From: Minisyncoccota bacterium
GTDB taxonomy: Bacteria; Patescibacteriota; Minisyncoccia; Phycocordibacterales; UBA9973
Reading direction: 5' to 3'
NCBI GenBank assembly: GCA_031413715.1
Contig: JANOFO010000003.1
Location: 11,047 to 75,046, forward strand
Length of the DNA stretch: 64,000 nt
Below, one piece after another: positions 18,868 through 28,980 of this stretch. The notes beneath the pieces were generated by a model. It saw only the letters and a list, made by a program, of their open reading frames with translations. It was not told where the DNA came from and made no database searches. Position 1 is the first letter of the stretch. Every line of letters begins with the position of its first letter. Both the position numbers and the translations under genes were made by a program.

Positions 18868-20700
18868 ATGCATTCTATGCAGAACTTTCTCACATTTATA
18901 AAAGAATTCCGTATTCCTAAAAAACAAGAACTTCGAAATGCTAAAGCGTCTTTTTCGAAAAGGAAGCTTCGTATGTTCATGGCAAGTCTTATTGTTGCCT
19001 TTGTCGCTATGATAATCCTCGTGGCGCGCGTTAACTCTTCATTTATGGTTGCAGTACCCGCAGACGGCGGTACTCTCAATGAAGGCATCATCGGTATGCC
19101 TACGCTTGTCAATCCAGTGCTCGCTATATCTGACGCCGACAAAGATCTAACTGCCTTAGTATATTCCGGACTTATGCAGAAAATGCCTGATGGAAGTTTT
19201 ATTCCTGATTTAGCACAATCTTTCACTGTCTCTCCTGACGGCACGATATATACATTCACAATGCGTACAAATGCAACATTTCAGGACGGAACTCCCGTTA
19301 CCGCAAACGACGTCATATTTACGATTGAAAAAATAAAAGATTCACTGATAAAAAGTCCTCGCAAGATTGGATGGGACGGAGTGACTGCAGCAAAAAAAGA
19401 TGAGAATACTGTCATCTTTACACTTAATCAACCATATATATCATTTCTTGATAACACAACGATTGGAATACTGCCTATGCATATTTGGAAAAATGTGAGC
19501 GCTCAAGAATTCGGGCTTTCAATTTTAAACACTGCGAAGGCTATCGGTTCAGGTCCCTATCAAATAGACTCTGTGTCCAAAAATAGCGAAGGAGTACCGG
19601 AAAAATATAGCTTAGAACGCTTTACGAAATTTACACTCGGTGAACCACATATAAAGTATATAAATATCATATCTTTTGCCAATGAAAAAGATCTCGTCCG
19701 TGCGCTCGTAACACACTCTATTGATCAGGCAAGTGGTATATCGCCTGAAAATGCGAAAAGCATCACAGATGCGGGACTCGTTATTCATACGGCGACACTA
19801 CCAAGAATATTTGGAGTCTTCTTCAATACTGCCAATAACAAAGTTCTTGCTGATAGTGCTGTCATGAGCGCATTCGATAAAGCGCTCGACCGGGAAGAGA
19901 TCGTCGAGAGCGTGCTTGGCGGATATGCAAGTGTCGTTCACAATCCCATCCCAGAAACAATCATGGATAACGACTCAAGTGATCCCTATAAAAATGCATC
20001 GCTTGATGATGCACGGGCTATCCTTGATAAGGCAGGATGGACATTAGGAGCTGATGGTATCCGAACCAAGGGCGGCGTGAAAACAGTTGTAGAGACCAAA
20101 AAAGTAGGCAAAAAAACAGTGACGAAAAATGTCCAGGTGAATACTGGTCCTATGGTCAAGCTTGCATTCTCTTTAACTACTGGCGATACACCAGAACTCA
20201 AAGATTCTGCCAATAAGATACGTGAACAGCTTGAAAAATTGGGGGCTCAAATCTATATAAAAATATACGAAACGGGTCCACTCAATCAACTCATCCGTTC
20301 TCGCGATTATGAGGCACTGTTCTTCGGACAAATTATAAATCACGAGTCAGATTTATTTTCTTTCTGGCATTCATCACAAAAACAAGATCCGGGGCTCAAC
20401 ATCGCTCTCTATAGCAATAAAACAGTAGATGCGATACTTGAGAACGCACAGAAGACCCTTGATCGTAACAGTCGTATTACGAAATATAAAGATCTAGTGA
20501 GAGAATTCAATAAAGATATTCCTGCCCTCCTCATCTATTCACCAAAATACTTATATGCAACATTACCAACCCTCGGCAATATCCCACTTGATACACTCTC
20601 TGCCCCATCAGATCGATTTGCATCTATCTACAGTTGGTATGCAGATACAGATCATATATGGAAAGTATTCACATATTTGCCGCCCTATAATAAAAAATAA
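18868..20700 (+). CDS. ABC transporter substrate-binding protein, family 5 (OppA/DppA-like)
   Basis: LVYSGL...PDLAQS...DGTIYTFTMR...FQDGTPVTANDVIFT, IGSGPY. Confidence 0.9.
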   Translation: MHSMQNFLTFIKEFRIPKKQELRNAKASFSKRKLRMFMASLIVAFVAMIILVARVNSSFMVAVPADGGTLNEGIIGMPTLVNPVLAISDADKDLTALVYSGLMQKMPDGSFIPDLAQSFTVSPDGTIYTFTMRTNATFQDGTPVTANDVIFTIEKIKDSLIKSPRKIGWDGVTAAKKDENTVIFTLNQPYISFLDNTTIGILPMHIWKNVSAQEFGLSILNTAKAIGSGPYQIDSVSKNSEGVPEKYSLERFTKFTLGEPHIKYINIISFANEKDLVRALVTHSIDQASGISPENAKSITDAGLVIHTATLPRIFGVFFNTANNKVLADSAVMSAFDKALDREEIVESVLGGYASVVHNPIPETIMDNDSSDPYKNASLDDARAILDKAGWTLGADGIRTKGGVKTVVETKKVGKKTVTKNVQVNTGPMVKLAFSLTTGDTPELKDSANKIREQLEKLGAQIYIKIYETGPLNQLIRSRDYEALFFGQIINHESDLFSFWHSSQKQDPGLNIALYSNKTVDAILENAQKTLDRNSRITKYKDLVREFNKDIPALLIYSPKYLYATLPTLGNIPLDTLSAPSDRFASIYSWYADTDHIWKVFTYLPPYNKK

Positions 20701-20702
20701 TT

Positions 20703-22709
20703 ATGAACGAAATACCAGATAAACAAGACAAAGAAGGAGCAAAACACAAAAGTCCTCATACTACTCGTAACTTCCATAGAAATAAGGGAAATTTTACGCG
20801 CACATTGCACAAGACACAAGGAGCAGCCCCACTATCACCGAGCCATACAAAGCAAACCCATCGTAGTGGCACATATACTGCAAATAATGCCGGCAAGGGC
20901 AGTCGTGGTAGTTATCAATATGGTTCAAACAAAGGTGGCCGAAGACCACGCGCGCAAGCTCCGAATCCAAAGGATGCAAATATCGTACCGACAGCCACTA
21001 AGAAAAAAACAAACTTTATCCCGGCTCCACTCCCTGGAGTCATTCGTATAATTCCACTTGGAGGCGTAGAAGAAATTGGCAAGAATATGACAGCAATAGA
21101 AATAGGCAACGATATTATCGTTATTGACGCCGGTATGCAATTCAAAACCGAGGATACGCCGGGAATCGATTATATCATCCCCAACACGACATATCTTGAA
21201 GAACGAAAGGATAAAATAAGAGGTATGTTTGTAACCCACGGGCACCTTGACCATATTGGCGGCATCCCCCTCGTTATGAGCCGCATTGGAAATCCACCGC
21301 TCTATTCTCGCAACCTCTCTATCCTTCTCATGAAAAAGCGCCAAGAAGAGTTCGCGCACTTACCGGCACTTAATCCGCAAGTTGTAGAAAAAGATTCAGT
21401 AATATATGCAGGAGAAATACGCATCAGATTTTTCGGAGTGACTCACACAGTGCCTGATTCTATGGGTATTGTCATCGAAACACCCTATGGATCAATAGTA
21501 ACTCCAGGAGACTACAAGCTTGATCAAGTAGACGGCAAAGTCTCCGATGAAGAAGAAAAAGAATATGCATTCTTCGACAAAGAAAAAGTTCTCTTGCTCA
21601 TGACTGATTCGACAAATGTAGAGAACGAAGGCTATTCAGTTCCTGAAGTCAGAGTGCATGAAGGACTTGATAAGCTTATCAAGCAAGGTACTGGGCGCAT
21701 CATCATTGCTGCCTTTGCCTCTCATATCACGCGATTAGTAAAGATCGTAGAAATAGCTGAAGGTCTTGGAAAGAAAGTTGTGCTCGACGGCAGGTCTCTC
21801 AAAACGAACATGGAGGTATGCGAACAAGCTGGATTATTCAAGCCCAAGAAAGGCACAATTATTCCCGTAGAAGATATAGACTCATACCCGCCGAATAAAG
21901 TAATCGTTCTTATGACAGGCGCCCAAGGCGAAGAATTCGCATCTCTTAACAGAGCAGCAAATAAAACTCATAAGAAATTTACCATTCGACCGGGTGATAC
22001 GATTATCCTTTCAGCATCCATCGTACCGGGGAACGAACTAGCTGTCGCACATTTGAAAGACAATCTAGCTCGCCACGGTGTTAAAATCATCAGTTACAGA
22101 ACAAGCGAAGAGACTATTCACGCGACTGGCCACGGAAATCAAGAAGATATTAAATGGCTCCACAGAAAGACTCATCCAAATTTCTTTGTTCCAATTCACG
22201 GTAATCACTACATGCTCAAGGTTCACAAGGAACTCGCAATGTCTCTCGGCATGAGTGAAGAAAATATCGTCGTACCTGACAATGGCACAATCATCGAGAT
22301 TACCGACAACGGCGAGAAAATCGGCATCCGTAAAGAGAAAGCTCCGTCAGGACCGATGATGGTGGACGGATTCTCTGTAGGTGATGAACAGGAAGTCGTT
22401 ATCCGCGACCGCCAAATGCTCGCCCAAGACGGAATGTTCGTCTTGATTGCGACTATAGATTCAACTACTGGCAAGCTTCGCAAATCTCCTGACATAATAT
22501 CTCGCGGATTTATTTATCTAAAAGAGAATCAGGAACTGCTCCACCAAGTCAGACTGATCATCAAGAAAACTATAGAGGATGGAGCTCGAGGAATGAACCC
22601 GATAAATTTTGACAGTATCAAGACAACTCTTGGCGACAATATCTCCAAGTTCCTCTTCCAGAAAACCGCCAAACGACCACTTGTTATACCTGTACTTTTA
22701 AGCGTCTAG
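20703..22709 (+). CDS. rnj: Ribonuclease J with low-complexity N-terminal extension
   Basis: IIPLGGVEEIGKNM, THGHLDHIGG, HATGHG, PIHG, PDIISRGF. Confidence 0.96.
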   Translation: MNEIPDKQDKEGAKHKSPHTTRNFHRNKGNFTRTLHKTQGAAPLSPSHTKQTHRSGTYTANNAGKGSRGSYQYGSNKGGRRPRAQAPNPKDANIVPTATKKKTNFIPAPLPGVIRIIPLGGVEEIGKNMTAIEIGNDIIVIDAGMQFKTEDTPGIDYIIPNTTYLEERKDKIRGMFVTHGHLDHIGGIPLVMSRIGNPPLYSRNLSILLMKKRQEEFAHLPALNPQVVEKDSVIYAGEIRIRFFGVTHTVPDSMGIVIETPYGSIVTPGDYKLDQVDGKVSDEEEKEYAFFDKEKVLLLMTDSTNVENEGYSVPEVRVHEGLDKLIKQGTGRIIIAAFASHITRLVKIVEIAEGLGKKVVLDGRSLKTNMEVCEQAGLFKPKKGTIIPVEDIDSYPPNKVIVLMTGAQGEEFASLNRAANKTHKKFTIRPGDTIILSASIVPGNELAVAHLKDNLARHGVKIISYRTSEETIHATGHGNQEDIKWLHRKTHPNFFVPIHGNHYMLKVHKELAMSLGMSEENIVVPDNGTIIEITDNGEKIGIRKEKAPSGPMMVDGFSVGDEQEVVIRDRQMLAQDGMFVLIATIDSTTGKLRKSPDIISRGFIYLKENQELLHQVRLIIKKTIEDGARGMNPINFDSIKTTLGDNISKFLFQKTAKRPLVIPVLLSV

Positions 22710-22719
22710 GAGCACACTA

Positions 22720-23916
22720 ATGCACATCACCAAACTCCATAGGATGTACATCCTTTCATTCTTGTTCACCCTTCACATATCGCTCTCAGCATATGTCAAT
22801 TCGACATTCCTATCAAATTTCATCTCTCCTTTATATGTGGGGATAATATATACCGTCGCATCAATTGTGACCTTATTCTTATTCTCAGAGAGCGCTGATA
22901 TTCTAAAACACTTCGGAAATCGCAGACTGGTTATTACGCTCTTGTTAATCAATATGGCATCACTTTTGGGCCTGATATCATCGACTGATCCATATCTGAT
23001 CGCCTGTTCATTTGTAGCATTCTTGGTTACCAATACTATGGTATTTTTCTGCATTGATATTTTTATTGAACACTTTGGCAACCCTGAAACTATAGGCAAG
23101 ACCAGAGGATTTTATTTGACGATTATTAGTATCGCTTGGGTCATCTCACCTCTTATTACTTCCATTCTTATCGGAGGTAGCGGTGGCTATCAGATGATAT
23201 ACACCATCGCTTTTATCGCTACTGCTATCACGACAATCGGACTTATACTCTCAGTCAAGAAATTTAGTGATAGCGTATATAAAAAGACTCCTTTTTTGGC
23301 GACATATCGCTACTTGAAGGCAAATCGCCACATGCTTGCTATAACCATTCTCAACTTCATCCTTCAGTTCTTCTACGCCTGGATGGTTGTATATACGCCG
23401 CTATATCTATTTGAGCATCTTGGATTCGGTTGGGACAAGATCGGTGTCATATTTACTATCATGCTTGTACCATTTGTGATATTTGATCTACCGATTGGAA
23501 TACTGATCGACAAATACCATGTTAGCAAGAGAAAACTTTTATACATTGGTATTCTCATCATGAGCTTATCGACAATGTCGATCGCATTTCTAGGGGCAGG
23601 CAGCATCGCATTGTGGGCACTTGTGCTGTTCTTGACGCGAACCGGGGCAGCGATTTTAGAGACGACTTCAGAGATATATTTCTTTACCCACATCAGTGAG
23701 AGCGATGCATACCTGCTCGGAGTATTTCGGGATATGACATCTTTAGCATATATTCTTGGCCCTCTTCTCGCTACTCTAGTCTTTATATTCTTCCCTTTCA
23801 AATATTTATTTATAATACTAGGCGCTTTTATCCTCTCCGGCTTCTACTATATACCCAAGCTAAAGCATAACCATGAAAACACAGATAACTATGGACTACC
23901 CAATACGAATCAATAG
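22720..23916 (+). CDS. MFS transporter
   Basis: About 12 hydrophobic segments; PIGILIDKYHVSKRK loop motif. Confidence 0.85.
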   Translation: MHITKLHRMYILSFLFTLHISLSAYVNSTFLSNFISPLYVGIIYTVASIVTLFLFSESADILKHFGNRRLVITLLLINMASLLGLISSTDPYLIACSFVAFLVTNTMVFFCIDIFIEHFGNPETIGKTRGFYLTIISIAWVISPLITSILIGGSGGYQMIYTIAFIATAITTIGLILSVKKFSDSVYKKTPFLATYRYLKANRHMLAITILNFILQFFYAWMVVYTPLYLFEHLGFGWDKIGVIFTIMLVPFVIFDLPIGILIDKYHVSKRKLLYIGILIMSLSTMSIAFLGAGSIALWALVLFLTRTGAAILETTSEIYFFTHISESDAYLLGVFRDMTSLAYILGPLLATLVFIFFPFKYLFIILGAFILSGFYYIPKLKHNHENTDNYGLPNTNQ

Positions 23917-24625
23917 ATATCTTGCGCAGAAGAACTACGCTACTCGCACTGGCGCAGATGAGCTTATTAAGAAGGGCTTTGTGACTATAAACGGCCGCAA
24001 GGCTGTCCTTGGCGACCAAGTTCAGGAAGGAGACACAGTAGAAGTGAGTAAGAAAGCACCGAAGGATGCATACGTGTATTATGAGTATAACAAAGCTGTA
24101 GGTGTTTCAACCAATCCAGACCCAGGGAGCAAGGATATATTACAAATAACAAAGTTCCCTGTCCGAGTCTTCCCTATCGGCCGGCTTGATAAAGACTCTC
24201 ATGGATTAATCCTCATGACCAACGATGGCCGTGTGACTGACCGATTGCTCTCGCCGAAATACGTACACGAAAAAGAATATGTCGTGAAAGTTGAACCAGC
24301 ATTTTCTGATAAATTTGTAGAGCTTATGAGTAATGGCGTAAAATTTGATGGATTCGTAAGCAAGAAATGCAAAGTCTGGCCTGCCCGCCATGCTTCGCAA
24401 GGCGATGCGGGCGGGAGAAAGAACAGTGATACATTCCATATCATCCTGACCGAAGGAAAGAAGCGTCAGATTCGCCGTATGGCTGAAGCGTTACATCACA
24501 CCGTCACGGATCTCAAACGTATTAGAATCATGAATATCGAACTTGGTAAAACCCCTTTCGGCGAGTTTCGAGAAATAAAAGACAAAGAACTTGATGAATT
24601 ACTGAAGTCTCTTCAACTCAAATAA
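23891..24625 (+). CDS. rRNA pseudouridine synthase (RluB/RluF/RsuA family) with S4 domain
   Basis: RINRYLA, FPIGRLDKDSHGLILMTNDG, HEKEYVV, LTEGKKRQIRRM. Confidence 0.93.
   Translation: MDYPIRINRYLAQKNYATRTGADELIKKGFVTINGRKAVLGDQVQEGDTVEVSKKAPKDAYVYYEYNKAVGVSTNPDPGSKDILQITKFPVRVFPIGRLDKDSHGLILMTNDGRVTDRLLSPKYVHEKEYVVKVEPAFSDKFVELMSNGVKFDGFVSKKCKVWPARHASQGDAGGRKNSDTFHIILTEGKKRQIRRMAEALHHTVTDLKRIRIMNIELGKTPFGEFREIKDKELDELLKSLQLK
24380..24415. repeat. 36-bp palindromic element inserted in frame in the pseudouridine synthase gene
   Basis: CCTGCCCGC...GCGGGCGGG; encodes PARHASQGDAGG. Confidence 0.7.
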
Positions 24626-24655
24626 AAATCCTCTCGATTGAGAGGATTTTTATTT
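24620..24655. terminator. Bidirectional terminator
   Basis: AAATAAAAATCCTCTC-GATT-GAGAGGATTTTTATTT. Confidence 0.88.
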
Positions 24656-24669
24656 ACTGAATAATTTTT

Positions 24670-27537
24670 TTATTTAATTACCGCTCTACTCTCCGCTCCA
24701 AATGATCCATCTGCTTTGAGTCCATTAGATGCTTGCCATTCTTTAACTTTAGCAGCGGTTCCCTTTCCGTATATTCCATCAGTAGTGATCCCGAGTAGCG
24801 ACTGAAGAGATTTCACATCTTCACCTCTTAATCCAATTTTCAATGTACGATTAAACACTGAACCACTTATTGAAGTATTTCCTTCTTTAACATCCGTGTA
24901 AGCATTTTTATTTGTTGAAATTGTTCTTCCAAAAGTCGAAGGAGTTACAACGGCAGATTGATAGAATCGTGGAGGCCAAGGAGCACTTGCAACTTCTTGT
25001 ATCCAATTTGTTCCATCAGTCGTTGACCAAATATCGCCACGCAAGGCACTTACACCTCCTTGACCAGCTCCACCTAGTAGCCACATTTTATTGTTCTGTA
25101 CTACAACAGAATGACCCGAGCGATATCCCCATGGACCTGGAGTACCAGTAGTAGTCCATACAACCCCATCAGAAGAAGAGACAATATCAAAAGTAGTAGA
25201 TCCTGTAGCAAAGCCACCCATAACCCATATCTTGCCATTAAATACCGTTGCAGTATGATAGCCTCGTGGCAAAAAAGCATTTATGTTTTCTTGTGTCCAA
25301 TTTATTCCGTTAGCAGTTGACCAAACATCACCGTAATTAGCACCATTATTATTTGTCCCACCTAGGATCCAAAGTTTATTATTAAACACTACAGAGGCGG
25401 AATTAGCTCTTGGAGTCCATGGAGCGTTACTAGTCGCTTGGTTCCAGTTTATTCCGTCGGACGATGACCAAACATCATTTAATTGATAGAAACTAGTGCC
25501 ATTTGATGATTGGCCACCTAGGATCCAAAGTTTATTATTGAAGACAGCGACACTGTGCGTGTCTCGAGCAGACCAAGGTCCATTTCCCATTTGAGTCCAA
25601 GTAATCCCATCTGACGAACTCCAAATATCGTTTGAACCTGCAGGATCATCTTTATTTCCTAGAACCCAAAGCTTATCTTGAAAATAAACAGCGGAATTAA
25701 ATAATCCTCTTGGTGACCACCTAGAACCAGTGTTGGGATCGTTAGATAAAATCTGATTCCAAGTTGTCATATTTGATGTTGACCAAATATCATTTGTGTT
25801 TCCACCAGCTTCATTAATTAATCCTCCCATCAAATAGACTTTTGCACTTGAAGGAGGAATGTTAGAAACAACAACAGTGACCGTAGCCGTTTGCGTTCCT
25901 GTCGTACATGGTTGGCCATTTGTAAGACTATACCCTGCTACTGAGGTGCAACCAGTATAGAGTGCCCCAGCAAACAGAGTGTATGTTGTTGTTTGAGTAA
26001 GCGGTCCAGTTGCCACCGTACTACTCACTTGACCATTCAAATTGGTCCAAACATTGGTCCAAACATCAGTAAATATTCCTACGCTAACACACCCATCCGT
26101 GGACAAAGAAAGCGTAGAGACTGATCCAGATACAACATTCATTGGATTCGCAGTGAAATAATTAATTATGCAACCTGTTTGTTGTGTACCGTTAATTGTA
26201 AATAAACTATCAGAATTGTCCATTGTCGTGTTATTAGAGTTTGGTTCCAAAACAACAAGGATTTCGAAATTTCGGCCTAACTGGGCATTATTTGAAAGGA
26301 TGAATTGTTCTGTTGGAAGACTTACAGTCTCAGTTCCATCATTATTGGTAGTATGAGGATCAGGCAACAAGTTTGTTGACCAAACTCCCCCATTTGGTCC
26401 TGGATTTCTAAATCGTGAATGAATACTCACGAGACTTCTGGAAGAAATATTACAACTTTTCCATTTCACGGTTATCTGCTGGCCAGCTTGATAGACTTCT
26501 CCTCCGTTTGGAGAAAGAACAATAATGGAAGGATCTGACACAGAGCTACATGTAGTATCAGGAGGTAAAACTATTCTAGTAGGAACACATTCTGTAGTCA
26601 TAACTGCAAGTGTATATGGCCCGCCTATGTTGCCACGCTCACGCCAGCCGGTGATAGTTTCCATGCGGTACTCCCGTATTGAAGTTGTCCGCGGATACCA
26701 TTTTTTACAGTAGGTTAGTTTGTCTAAATCTGCTCCTGAGACGCCGTCTGGATCTGTTAGCCAATTACCTTGCGCATCTACATGCTGATTAACCTTTCCC
26801 CACCAGTATGCGATACGAGGAGTAAGATCAACAACGCTTGATCCACCTATTGTAATCAAGTTACCAACAATTGGTAAACCCGAGGAGTAAGCACCAAATC
26901 CTCCACTATGATTTGCACCGAAAATTCCAAATTTAAATTGTCCTGCTAAAGCAGAAGGTTTTATATCTCCAACAATTTTAAATGTTTTACTAGACCCAGA
27001 CATGACAGCTAAATCAAAGCCTTGAGCCCAGGACCAATAATAGTTTCCATTAAAACTAAAAGCAGTAGCCGTCAAACCAATCTGTGAATTGTTTGTGAGG
27101 TCAATTACTCTGACATTTGTTATATAGGAATTTACATTTTCGTTGGATCCAATTTGGAGGCCATTCAAATAACAAATATTCTGAGATCCAGTATTTGTCA
27201 TTTTTATTCTAGCAAGTTCAACATTGGTAGCACCAGAAGATACAGTCTGATTCGAAGGATTATTGATATCGAGAACAAAACTTTCACTGCCTGGAGCAGT
27301 TTGGCCACAAGTAGGAATTACGACTGGATCTGTATCTTCTTTTGGATTAACAGTATTGATAGATTTGTCCGAAGATGTTGAATCTCCTAGAACACTACCA
27401 CTATTGCATTTCTGCCCTGTAGTTATGCTATAAGTGGCATTGCCGTAGCATCCATCGGGAAGTGTAGCTCCCTTTGCCTGACTTGCTACTAAAATCAATC
27501 CGAGAACGAAACCACCAAGAAGCAATTTCTTTATCAT
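24670..27537 (-). CDS. Large secreted mosaic surface protein with kelch/BNR-like propeller repeats and C-terminal peptidoglycan-binding domain
   Basis: Signal peptide; repeated VVFNNKLWILGG...DVWSSSDGINW; VLSPNGGE Ig-like module; LKIGLRGEDVKSLQ...DGIYGKGTAAKVKEWQ...GLKADG. Confidence 0.85.
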   Translation of the reverse strand: MIKKLLLGGFVLGLILVASQAKGATLPDGCYGNATYSITTGQKCNSGSVLGDSTSSDKSINTVNPKEDTDPVVIPTCGQTAPGSESFVLDINNPSNQTVSSGATNVELARIKMTNTGSQNICYLNGLQIGSNENVNSYITNVRVIDLTNNSQIGLTATAFSFNGNYYWSWAQGFDLAVMSGSSKTFKIVGDIKPSALAGQFKFGIFGANHSGGFGAYSSGLPIVGNLITIGGSSVVDLTPRIAYWWGKVNQHVDAQGNWLTDPDGVSGADLDKLTYCKKWYPRTTSIREYRMETITGWRERGNIGGPYTLAVMTTECVPTRIVLPPDTTCSSVSDPSIIVLSPNGGEVYQAGQQITVKWKSCNISSRSLVSIHSRFRNPGPNGGVWSTNLLPDPHTTNNDGTETVSLPTEQFILSNNAQLGRNFEILVVLEPNSNNTTMDNSDSLFTINGTQQTGCIINYFTANPMNVVSGSVSTLSLSTDGCVSVGIFTDVWTNVWTNLNGQVSSTVATGPLTQTTTYTLFAGALYTGCTSVAGYSLTNGQPCTTGTQTATVTVVVSNIPPSSAKVYLMGGLINEAGGNTNDIWSTSNMTTWNQILSNDPNTGSRWSPRGLFNSAVYFQDKLWVLGNKDDPAGSNDIWSSSDGITWTQMGNGPWSARDTHSVAVFNNKLWILGGQSSNGTSFYQLNDVWSSSDGINWNQATSNAPWTPRANSASVVFNNKLWILGGTNNNGANYGDVWSTANGINWTQENINAFLPRGYHTATVFNGKIWVMGGFATGSTTFDIVSSSDGVVWTTTGTPGPWGYRSGHSVVVQNNKMWLLGGAGQGGVSALRGDIWSTTDGTNWIQEVASAPWPPRFYQSAVVTPSTFGRTISTNKNAYTDVKEGNTSISGSVFNRTLKIGLRGEDVKSLQSLLGITTDGIYGKGTAAKVKEWQASNGLKADGSFGAESRAVIK

Positions 27538-27600
27538 AAGTCTTTGATTATCGTCTTATTTATATATCTTAATACTAACACGCCTAGGCTTTTCGTCAAA

Positions 27601-27635
27601 GAAAAACACCCTAATTTTAGATCAGGGTGTTTTTC
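27601..27635 (-). terminator. Terminator of the rpsF-ssb-rpsR operon
   Basis: GAAAAACACCCT...AGGGTGTTTTTC. Confidence 0.75.
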
Positions 27636-27639
27636 AATA

Positions 27640-27840
27640 TTATTTAGCGATATACGGTAGAAGTCCCATGAATCGAGCTCGTTTGATGGCTACGGAGAGC
27701 TTGCGCTGATTCTTGGCAGTCACATCAGTACGACGGCGGGCCTGCATGCGAGCGCTTGGAGTCAGAAATCGGCGGAGAAGCTCGATATCCTTATAGTCGA
27801 TATGTTTTATATTGTTTGATGAAAAGTAGTCTTGTTTCAT
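27640..27840 (-). CDS. rpsR: 30S ribosomal protein S18
   Basis: IDYKDIELLRRF...QRKLSVAIKRARFMGLLPY. Confidence 0.97.
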   Translation of the reverse strand: MKQDYFSSNNIKHIDYKDIELLRRFLTPSARMQARRRTDVTAKNQRKLSVAIKRARFMGLLPYIAK

Positions 27841-27868
27841 AAATTTTATTTATTAATTCGTAATAGTT

Positions 27869-28327
27869 TTAGAACGGGATGTCTTCGGCATTAATCTGTT
27901 CATCGGGATACTCAATTGTATCGAGTGAATCATCATCTTCTTTTGGAGCAGTATTAGCAGACTGAGGAGTTGATGGTCGAGAACCACCTGAAGGACCGCC
28001 AGCCGAGCCAAACTGTACGCGATCAGCAATGATCTCAGTTCGATACTTCTTTGTGCCTGTGCCTGCATCATCCCAACTGCGGGTCTGCATGCGGCCTTCT
28101 ACCATAACTTGACTGCCCTTCTTCATATATTGGGCAACAGTTTCTGCTTGGCGGCCGAAGACTACGATATTGTGATAGTCCGCAGCTTCTTGTTTTGCAC
28201 CATTTTTGTCTTTCCAGACACGGTTCGTAGCGACAGAGAAACTACAAACTTTGATTCCAGATGGAATCGCTTTGAGTTCTGGATCACGAGTGAGATTACC
28301 TATGATAAGTGCTTTGTTTAGATACAT
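27869..28327 (-). CDS. ssb: Single-stranded DNA-binding protein
   Basis: NKALIIGNLTRDPE, VEGRMQTRSW, C-terminal EDIPF. Confidence 0.98.
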   Translation of the reverse strand: MYLNKALIIGNLTRDPELKAIPSGIKVCSFSVATNRVWKDKNGAKQEAADYHNIVVFGRQAETVAQYMKKGSQVMVEGRMQTRSWDDAGTGTKKYRTEIIADRVQFGSAGGPSGGSRPSTPQSANTAPKEDDDSLDTIEYPDEQINAEDIPF

Positions 28328-28356
28328 AATAGTTAGTTTAATTACTAATGACTTTA

Positions 28357-28851
28357 TTATACCACCAATGCGTCTATCTCCTTGTCTATAGTTTCTTCAT
28401 TGATTGGACCTGATTCTTCTGACTTTGTCACACGACGTTTTACACCATCAGTCTTGCCGTATGGACGCTTGACTGACATGGTGCTCTCGCGAACTGTCTT
28501 GATCATAAGATAACGAACAAGCTTCTCATTCTTATCAAGAATATTTTTAATAATTTTAGCTTGATCTGTCGTACATTCAAACTTGACCCAGCCGAAATAC
28601 CCATAAGAGAACTTCTGCTTCTTGTTCTCTATAGAGCGCGACATCTCATAGGCGAGCTCCATCATCTTCGGATATTCATCAGAAATAAATGTTGCACCTT
28701 TTTCAGTGAACATATCCTTAAACGTAGTGACTTCCCCACCAAGGTTCTCCTCGGCAATTGAGGGTACCATGATATAGCCCACCTCATAAACAGTCACCTT
28801 TCCTTGTTTAACCTCAACTTCTTCCCCCTCTAAATCTTTTGCTTTAGGCAT
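28357..28851 (-). CDS. rpsF: 30S ribosomal protein S6
   Basis: YEVGYIM...ELAYEM...GYFGWVKF...LVRYLMIK; rpsF-ssb-rpsR order. Confidence 0.9.
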   Translation of the reverse strand: MPKAKDLEGEEVEVKQGKVTVYEVGYIMVPSIAEENLGGEVTTFKDMFTEKGATFISDEYPKMMELAYEMSRSIENKKQKFSYGYFGWVKFECTTDQAKIIKNILDKNEKLVRYLMIKTVRESTMSVKRPYGKTDGVKRRVTKSEESGPINEETIDKEIDALVV

Positions 28852-28951
28852 TATCTTTTTAATTTCTATTAATTATCTTACTATGGACCCCCGCAAAACA
28901 GCGAGTATTTGTGTGCCGGTTTCAGGACCGGGACAAGCAAGACGTGGAGTT

Positions 28952-28980
28952 ATACTAGCAAAAATAACTTTATATGTCAA
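28952..28980 (-). promoter_or_regulatory. Promoter of the rpsF operon
   Basis: TTGACA-N17-TAGTAT on the minus strand, followed by a ~95-nt structured leader. Confidence 0.75.
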
